DNA of 64,000 bases from Polyangiaceae bacterium (GTDB lineage: Bacteria > Myxococcota_A > Polyangia > Polyangiales > Polyangiaceae): contig JBKQKP010000042.1 in NCBI GenBank assembly GCA_052147435.1, positions 1 through 64,000 on the forward strand. The letters run 5' to 3'. The notes below the pieces were generated by a model. It was not told the origin of the DNA and made no database searches. It saw nothing but the letters and a program-made list of their open reading frames with translations. The stretch's first letter is position 1, and every line of letters starts with the position of its first letter. A program made the position numbers and the translations under genes. Below, piece after piece: positions 57,369 through 64,000 of this stretch.

Positions 57369-59488
57369 GCACGCAACCGAAATCACGGCGCTCGCTCCTC
57401 GCCTCGCTCGCCTTCGCAGCGGCGCTGATCGCGCTCGCGCTGGTCTTTCACCGGCCGCTCACCGCCTGGTTCACGGGCAAGAGCATGGGTGGACGCGAAG
57501 GCGCCGCGATCACCGCTCAGGCGGGCCCGTTCACGCTCGTCGCGACCCTCGATCCGGATCCACCCGGCACCACGGGCAATGCAATCGTCCTGCGGGTGAC
57601 CGACGCAAGCGGCAAGCCCGTCGAGGACGCCTCCGTCGACGCCGTCTGGGACATGCCCGCCATGGGCGCGATGGCCGAGATGAAAGGTGCCGCGAAGGTC
57701 TCGCACGAGACAGGCGGCCGCTACCGCGCCGAGTTCGACCTTCCGATGGGCGGGAGCTGGACGCTCAAGACGTCCCTCGCCTCGCCCGCAGGCCGTACGA
57801 CGCAGGACTTCACGCTGACGGTAGGGAGCAAGGGGCTCACGCTCACGGGGGACGCCAATACAGAAGTCACGTCGGCGAAGGTGAAGACGAGTGACTATCC
57901 CGGGCCGGTCGCCGATGCGCTCCGAGGCGCGATCGACGCGTACGAGCGCGCGCAGGAACGGCTGGCGAAGGACGAGACCAAAGGCGTCGGCGACGACGCG
58001 CGAGCGCTCGCAGAGGGGCTTCGCGCGGCGGTCGCCGCGATGCCGGCGAAAAGGAAGGACGCGCGCGACGCTGCGACCAGGGCGGCCGACGGCGCCGACC
58101 GCGTCGCCAAGGCCACGACGCTCGACGATGCGCGCCGCGCTTTCGCCGACGCGAGTCGCGACTTCCTGTCGGTCGTCGCCGCGGATGTGCGTCTCACCAG
58201 CGCGGCACACTTGTTCGAGTGCCCGATGATCGCGACGCACCCCCGATGGATGCAGCGCGGTCCGACACCGGAGAATCCATACCTCGGCACGCAGATGGTT
58301 GCGTGTGGCACCCCTCAGCCGTGGGCGGCGCCCACTGGGAGCGCCGTGGCGTCCCAGCCGGCGTCGTGGGCGAACAACGAGAACGACGCGCCGGTCGTGC
58401 GCATCGACGAGGCGCGACGACAGCTCATCGGCGTCCGCACCGCGAAGGTCGTCGAAGCGCCGATGCACGACTCCTTCCGCGCCGTCGGGCGCGTCGCCTA
58501 CGACGAGACGAAGCTCGCGGACGTGAGTCTTAAGGTCCGTGGCTGGATCACGAAGCTCTACGTCAACGAAACGGGCCAGCGCGTCGCGCGCGGCCAGCCG
58601 CTCTTCTCCGTCTACAGCCCCGAACTCTACAACGCGGAGCAGGACCTCCTCCTGGCCACGCGCGGAGCCGCGAGCAGCGCCGCGCTCGACGCCGGACCGA
58701 GCCGCGGCGGATACCTGGTGACGGCCGCGCGCCAGCGCCTGCGTCTCCTCGGCCTCGACGACCCGCAGATCGATCGCATCGCCAAGGACGGAACACCCGG
58801 CGAGAGCGTGACGTTCGGCGCACCCGCAAGCGGGTTCATCATCGAGAAGAACGTCGTCGAGGGCGCCGCCGTCGACGCGGGCATGCGCCTCTATCGCATC
58901 GCTGCGCTCGATCGCGTCTGGGTCGAGGCCGAGGTCTACGAGGCCGATCTCGCGCACGTGAAGACCGGCCAGCGCGCCGACGTGACGCTCGACTACCTGC
59001 CGGGGCGCTCGTACGAGGCGAAGGTCGCGTACGTCTACCCGTACCTCGATCCTGCCTCACGCACCGGTCGGGTCCGCGTCGAGCTCGCGAACGCGAAGCT
59101 CGACCTCCGCCCGGGGATGTACGCGACCGTGGCGCTCGCCGCCGATCTCGGCGTGCACGTTCAAGTGCCGGCCGGCGCCGTCGTGTACACGGGCCCGCGT
59201 CGACTGGTGTTCGTCGATCTGGAGCAGGGGCGTTTCCGCGTCCAGGAAGTGACCGTCGGCACGGAGTCGGACGGGATGTACGAAGTGCTGTCCGGGCTCC
59301 GAGCCGGCGACGTCGTGGCCACGTCCGGCGTGTTTCTCATCGCCGCCGAGGCGCGCCTGAGCACCGCAGCGAAGTATTGGGAGGGGGCGGACGACGGAGG
59401 CACGCCGGCGGTCGCGGGGCCGTCCGCGCCGATGCCCGCCTCGATGCCGGGCATGGACATGAGCGCGCCGAAGGGCGGCGCGCGATGA
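57365..59488 (+). CDS. cusB: RND efflux periplasmic adaptor (CusB-like) with a ~300-aa N-terminal extension
   Basis: Adaptor beta-barrel/lipoyl motifs (VRGWITKLYVNETGQRVARGQPLFSVYSPEL..., GMYATVALAA). N-terminal region has FECPMIATHPRWM metal-site-like and Big-like (YRAEFDLPMGGSWTL) segments. Confidence 0.8.
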   Translation: MSTQPKSRRSLLASLAFAAALIALALVFHRPLTAWFTGKSMGGREGAAITAQAGPFTLVATLDPDPPGTTGNAIVLRVTDASGKPVEDASVDAVWDMPAMGAMAEMKGAAKVSHETGGRYRAEFDLPMGGSWTLKTSLASPAGRTTQDFTLTVGSKGLTLTGDANTEVTSAKVKTSDYPGPVADALRGAIDAYERAQERLAKDETKGVGDDARALAEGLRAAVAAMPAKRKDARDAATRAADGADRVAKATTLDDARRAFADASRDFLSVVAADVRLTSAAHLFECPMIATHPRWMQRGPTPENPYLGTQMVACGTPQPWAAPTGSAVASQPASWANNENDAPVVRIDEARRQLIGVRTAKVVEAPMHDSFRAVGRVAYDETKLADVSLKVRGWITKLYVNETGQRVARGQPLFSVYSPELYNAEQDLLLATRGAASSAALDAGPSRGGYLVTAARQRLRLLGLDDPQIDRIAKDGTPGESVTFGAPASGFIIEKNVVEGAAVDAGMRLYRIAALDRVWVEAEVYEADLAHVKTGQRADVTLDYLPGRSYEAKVAYVYPYLDPASRTGRVRVELANAKLDLRPGMYATVALAADLGVHVQVPAGAVVYTGPRRLVFVDLEQGRFRVQEVTVGTESDGMYEVLSGLRAGDVVATSGVFLIAAEARLSTAAKYWEGADDGGTPAVAGPSAPMPASMPGMDMSAPKGGAR

Positions 59489-62400
59489 GCTCGCCCGCGC
59501 CCCCCGCATCTCCGCCTCCGGGGATCGTCGCGCGGGTCATCTCGGCCTGCGCGCACCGGCCGGTCGTCACCGTGCTGCTCGTCGCGGCGTTCGCCGTGTG
59601 GGGCTGGATCTCACTCAGTAGCGCGCCGCTCGACGCCATCCCCGATCTGTCGGACGTCCAGGTGATCGTCTTCACGGAGTGGGAAGGACAGAGCCCCGAC
59701 CTCGTCGAAGATCAGATCACGTACCCGGTCTCCGCCGCGCTCATCTCCGCGCCGAAGGTCCAGGCCGTGCGCGGGCAATCGATGTTCGGGATGTCGTTCG
59801 TGAACGTCATCTTCGAGGACGGCACCGACATCTACTGGGCGCGCAGCCGCGTGCTCGAGTACCTGAGCTCCGTCCGCGACAAGCTGCCGAGCGGCATCAA
59901 CCCGACCCTCGGCCCCGACGCGACCGGCGTCGGTTGGGTCTTCGAGTACGCGATCGTCGACACGACCGGCAAGCACGACCTCCAGGAGCTCCGCTCGATC
60001 CAGGACTGGAACGTCCGCTACGCGCTCGAGAGCGTGCCCGGCGTCGCCGAGGTCGCCAGCGTCGGCGGGTTCGTGAAGCAGTACCAAGTGAACGTCGATC
60101 CGACCAAGCTCCTCGGCTTCGGCGTCACGATGGAGGAAGTGGCCCACGCGGTCCGCGCGTCGAACGACGAAGTTGGCGGGCGCGTGATCGAGATCGCGGG
60201 GCACGAGCAGGTGATCCGCGGTCGCGGCTACGTGAAGTCGCCCGACGACATCGGCTCGAGCCCGGTGAAGGTCGTGAACGGCACGCCGATTCGCGTCCGT
60301 GACGTGGCGCACGTCTCCATCGGGCCGGACATGCGCCGCGGCCTCGCGGAGCTGAACGGGGAGGGCGAGACGACCGGCGGCATCGTCGTCATGCGCTACG
60401 GCGAAAACGCACTCACCGTGATCGAAGCCGTGAAGGAGAGGCTCGCAGAGATCAAGTCGAGCCTTCCTCCGGGCGTCCACATCGTGACGACCTACGACCG
60501 CTCCGGCCTCATCGAGGACTCGGTGCACACGCTCAAGCACACCCTCATCGAGGAGATGGTGGTCGTGAGCATCGTGATCTTCATCTTCCTGCTTCACGCG
60601 CGGAGCGCGCTCATCCCGATCCTCACGCTCCCGATCGGGGTCTTGCTCGCGTTCATTCCGATGTTCTACCAGCACCTCACTGCGAACATCATGTCGCTCG
60701 GCGGCATCGCGGTGGCCATCGGCGCCATGGTCGACGCGTCGATCATCATCATCGAGAACATCCACAAGAAGCTGAGCGAGTGGGAGACGGGAGGTCAGCG
60801 CGAGTCGCGCACGGAGGTGATCATCCACGCGATGCAGGAGGTCGGCCCCTCGGTCTTCTTCTCGCTCCTCGTCATCACGATTTCCTTCCTGCCCGTCTTC
60901 ACACTCGAAGCGACCGAGGGGCGCCTCTTCAAGCCGCTCGCGTTCACGAAGACGTACTCGATCGGCTTCGCCTCGATCCTCGCGGTGACCCTCACGCCGG
61001 CGCTCGCGGTCTTGCTCATCCGAGGCAAGGTGCACGACGAGCACAAGAACCCGATCAATCGCGTTCTCATGGCGCTCTACACACCCGTCGTACGCTTCGT
61101 CGTCGACCATCGGTGGAAGGTGATCGTGATGGCAGCGCTCTCGATCGCGCTCACCGTGCCTGCACTGATGCGCCTCGGGAGCGAGTTCATGCCACCGCTC
61201 AACGAGGGCGTCATTCTCTACATGCCGACCGCGCCGCCGGGCATGTCGGAGAACGAGTCGGCGGTCGTCCTCCAGGCGATGGATCGCGAGCTGAAGAAGT
61301 TTCCCGAGGTGGAGAGCGTCTTCGGCAAGATGGGGCGCTCGCGCTCGGCCACCGATCCCGCGCCGCTCGGCATGGCGGAGGTCATCATCGCACTCAAGCC
61401 ACGTGAGAAGTGGCGTCCGGGAGTCACGTGGGATGCGCTGCTCAAAGAGATGGATGCGAAGCTGCATTTCCCCGGCATGCCAAACGTCTGGTGGATGCCG
61501 ATCCAGACGCGCACCGAGATGCTCGCGACCGGCGTACGCACCCCGCTGGGCATCGAGGTCTTCGGCGACGACCTCGCGACGATCGAAAAGACTGCGATCG
61601 ACATCGAGCATGCGGTCGCGAAGATCCCAGGCACCCGGAGCGCGTTTGCCGAGCGCTCGACCGGCGGCTTCTACATCGACTTCGACGTGAAGCGCGAAGA
61701 GGCGGCGAGACAAGGGCTCACCGTCGCCGACGTGAACGCGATCGTCGCCAGCGCGATCGGCGGAAAAAACGTCTCCGAGACCGTAGAGGGGCGCGAGCGT
61801 TACCCGATCGACGTCCGCTACGCGCGCGAGTTTCGTGACGATCCGGAGTTGCTGGATCGGACGCTCATCGGTACTGCCATGGGTACGCAGGTGCCGCTCT
61901 CGCAGGTGGCGAAGACTCGCACCGTGCTCGGGCCGCCGATGATTCGGAGCGAAGGGGGGCGACTCGTCGGCTTCGTGTTCGTCGACACCGACCGCCCGAT
62001 CGCCGACTACGTCGCAGAAGCGAAGCGGGCCGTCGCGAGCGAGGTCACGCTGCCACCCGGCACGCGCCTCGCCTGGGTGGGGCAGTTCAAGTACTTCGAG
62101 CGGGCAAAGGAGCGGCTCAAGTGGGTCGTGCCGCTGACCCTCGGCTTGGTCCTCGTGCTCCTCTACTTCAACACCAAGTCGATCACGGAGACGGCGATCG
62201 TCATGCTCGCCGTGCCATTCTCCCTCGTGGGCGCCGTGTGGCTCTTGTATCTGCTCCACTACAACGTCAGCGTCGCGGTGTGGGTAGGAATCATCGCCCT
62301 CGCGGGGCTCGACGCGGAGACGGGCGTGGTGATGCTGCTCTACCTCACGCTCGCGCACGACCAATTCGCGCGCGAGGGGCGCATGCGATCGCGAGTCGAT

Positions 62401-62643
62401 CTGCGCGAGGCGATCGTCGAGGGCGCCGCCAGGCGGCTGCGACCGAAGCTCATGACCGTCGCGGCGATGATCATCGGCCTCGTGCCCGTCCTCTGGAGCA
62501 CAGGAACCGGGGCGGACGTGATGAAGCGGATCGCCGCGCCGATGATTGGCGGACTTGTGACGTCGTTCCTCCTCGAACTGACCGTCTATCCCGCGATCTT
62601 CGCGATCTGGAAGGGGCATCGCTTGCCGGAGGCCCCCGCGTAG
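59485..62643 (+). CDS. cusA: Heavy-metal efflux RND transporter (CusA/CzcA-like)
   Basis: 12-TM RND topology with two large periplasmic loops. ATGA overlap with cusB. 1052 aa. Confidence 0.9.
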   Translation: MSSPAPPASPPPGIVARVISACAHRPVVTVLLVAAFAVWGWISLSSAPLDAIPDLSDVQVIVFTEWEGQSPDLVEDQITYPVSAALISAPKVQAVRGQSMFGMSFVNVIFEDGTDIYWARSRVLEYLSSVRDKLPSGINPTLGPDATGVGWVFEYAIVDTTGKHDLQELRSIQDWNVRYALESVPGVAEVASVGGFVKQYQVNVDPTKLLGFGVTMEEVAHAVRASNDEVGGRVIEIAGHEQVIRGRGYVKSPDDIGSSPVKVVNGTPIRVRDVAHVSIGPDMRRGLAELNGEGETTGGIVVMRYGENALTVIEAVKERLAEIKSSLPPGVHIVTTYDRSGLIEDSVHTLKHTLIEEMVVVSIVIFIFLLHARSALIPILTLPIGVLLAFIPMFYQHLTANIMSLGGIAVAIGAMVDASIIIIENIHKKLSEWETGGQRESRTEVIIHAMQEVGPSVFFSLLVITISFLPVFTLEATEGRLFKPLAFTKTYSIGFASILAVTLTPALAVLLIRGKVHDEHKNPINRVLMALYTPVVRFVVDHRWKVIVMAALSIALTVPALMRLGSEFMPPLNEGVILYMPTAPPGMSENESAVVLQAMDRELKKFPEVESVFGKMGRSRSATDPAPLGMAEVIIALKPREKWRPGVTWDALLKEMDAKLHFPGMPNVWWMPIQTRTEMLATGVRTPLGIEVFGDDLATIEKTAIDIEHAVAKIPGTRSAFAERSTGGFYIDFDVKREEAARQGLTVADVNAIVASAIGGKNVSETVEGRERYPIDVRYAREFRDDPELLDRTLIGTAMGTQVPLSQVAKTRTVLGPPMIRSEGGRLVGFVFVDTDRPIADYVAEAKRAVASEVTLPPGTRLAWVGQFKYFERAKERLKWVVPLTLGLVLVLLYFNTKSITETAIVMLAVPFSLVGAVWLLYLLHYNVSVAVWVGIIALAGLDAETGVVMLLYLTLAHDQFAREGRMRSRVDLREAIVEGAARRLRPKLMTVAAMIIGLVPVLWSTGTGADVMKRIAAPMIGGLVTSFLLELTVYPAIFAIWKGHRLPEAPA

Positions 62644-62785
62644 GACCGTATGGGACAGGCCTTCGAAGGAGTTCGGAGAGCGCCGTCACGCTTGCCCGGG
62701 GGGAGCCTTGGAGGTCAGCTCAACGCGGCGACGCCCGCCTCTCAGGGCCACGCCGCGGAGGCCCTGGCATTGAGCTAGGCACGCG

Positions 62786-63067
62786 ATGCCGGAAATCGGT
62801 GGGTTTGCGATCGGACTCTTGTCGGGCGCGACGCTGACGGTCTTGCTGGGGCCAATGATCAAGAATCGGCTGAGCTCCAAGCCCGGCATCGTGATCCAGG
62901 AACAGCGGGGAGACGCCACGACCGATCACGTCGGACGCGATTCTGCAATCGGGTCTGCTTCGCCCGTGCACGTATCTGCGAGAGTGATCGCATCGGAGAG
63001 TTCCAACAAGGCCCTCCTCTCTTCTTCTTCCGCTTCTTCCGCGCGGGAGGCGTTCTTGACTCAGTGA
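62786..63067 (+). CDS. Hypothetical small membrane protein
   Basis: Hydrophobic N-terminus, Ser-rich C-terminus, in a lower-GC segment. Weak. Confidence 0.25.
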   Translation: MPEIGGFAIGLLSGATLTVLLGPMIKNRLSSKPGIVIQEQRGDATTDHVGRDSAIGSASPVHVSARVIASESSNKALLSSSSASSAREAFLTQ

Positions 63068-63167
63068 GGCGTTTCCGCGCGTGCAAGCGCGTCGTTGGCT
63101 CGAGCCTCGCGCTGATATTCGCATGGACGCCGACTTGCACTGGTCGCGTTCCGTCAGCGGAGGCGGC

Positions 63168-63447
63168 CATGACGAGCAAGAGGCGAAGCGACTACCTCAC
63201 CCGGGATGCCGTGATGAAGCTCCTCTCCGACGAGGAGATCGCGAGCGTGAGCACGGCAGAGACGGCGCCGCGGGTCGCGGCAGGAGACGAGTATCTCGAC
63301 CTGGAGCAGCTCGACCGCGGAGTGCTGCGCGGACCGACGGCGACCCCGATGGGCCGTGTCTTGCCGAGGAAGGCCGTCCGCAAAGCCACATGGAGCGCGA
63401 TCCTGACTCGGCTTCCGGAGCCGGCTGCTGGCGTTGCGGGTCGCTGA
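63168..63447 (+). CDS. Hypothetical small protein
   Basis: ATG preceded by GGAGG. 93 aa (MTSKRRSDYLTRDAVMKLLSDEE...). Confidence 0.35.
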
Positions 63448-63512
63448 AGGCCTTCGCGAACGTGGCGTCGGGGCGCGGCGGGGTCTTCGAAACGCGAGAG
63501 TGAGGATTGTCG

Positions 63513-64000
63513 ATGAACGGCCTAAGGCTCGTTACCGCGATGGCTGTTCTCTCCGCCGTCTCCGCGTGCACGGGCCCCAACGGCCCCGCGGGGGCTGCAG
63601 GATCCAACGGAGAGGCGGGTGCACAGGGCACCGCAGGCCCGATGGGCCCCCTTGGGCCGATCGGGCCGACGGGCACCGGATCGCTCGACGGAAGCGTCGT
63701 GAGCATTCCGGTCTCCTGCCTCTCGCCGTGCCACGGGTTCAACGGCGTCGTCGCGCAGTTCCAGACGAGCGTGCACTACACGGAGTATCTGGCCAACGTC
63801 GCCTCCGCGACGCCCGAGGCCGAGTGGACCACGACCGGCGCGGCGTGCGGCAACTGCCACGCCATTGATGGTCTCCAGCAGCGCGTCGCCGGAAACGTCG
63901 GGACCACCGACGGCGGATCCGTGGTCAACCTCGCGAGCGGAGAGCTGCAGTACCGCGACACGACGACAGGTGCCCTCTCGACCTCGAACTACCTCGGCAC
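63513..64000 (+). CDS. Lipoprotein with a collagen-like (G-X-X)12 tract followed by c-type heme-binding motifs; 3' end lies outside the window
   Basis: Lipobox LSAVSACTG. 12 consecutive GXX triplets (GPNGPAGAAGSNGEAGAQGTAGPMGPLGPIGPTGTG). Then CLSPCH and a canonical CGNCH (CXXCH). Not in the ORF table because no stop is reached. Confidence 0.6.
   Translation, partial: MNGLRLVTAMAVLSAVSACTGPNGPAGAAGSNGEAGAQGTAGPMGPLGPIGPTGTGSLDGSVVSIPVSCLSPCHGFNGVVAQFQTSVHYTEYLANVASATPEAEWTTTGAACGNCHAIDGLQQRVAGNVGTTDGGSVVNLASGELQYRDTTTGALSTSNYLG

Noticed and set aside
59611-62619. 1002-aa minus-strand ORF
   Set aside because: Antisense to the RND pump gene.

Overview
This is a ~70% GC window with a dense set of myxobacterial-type genes (inference: Myxococcales, probably Sorangiineae). 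It carries three Hanks-type Ser/Thr kinases with long C-terminal TPR arrays, two prolyl oligopeptidases, a secreted GH5 glycosidase, a C1 cysteine peptidase, a PilZ/TolB-like/SPFH operon, an HlyD/ABC-2/TetR efflux operon and a CopA plus CusCBA-like copper efflux island. No rRNA, tRNA or CRISPR array was recognised.

The most notable locus is a complete four-gene Wadjet (JetABCD / MksFEBG-like) SMC-family system at 42974..50362. It has an unusually long JetC (1472 aa) and a short Toprim-type JetD (329 aa). It lies divergently next to an HTH-antitoxin/PIN-toxin pair and is followed by a lysine-rich histone-like small protein and a low-GC lipoprotein.

Other signals are a ~45-bp palindromic REP-like element present at two loci in opposite orientation (one copy triplicated in 27-bp units), a 42-bp tandem repeat upstream of an XRE regulator, three CTTAAG-centred palindromes between the kinase gene and the toxin-antitoxin (TA) pair, and a collagen-like c-type cytochrome lipoprotein at the window edge.

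Many long ORFs on the opposite strand of real genes are high-GC artefacts and were rejected.
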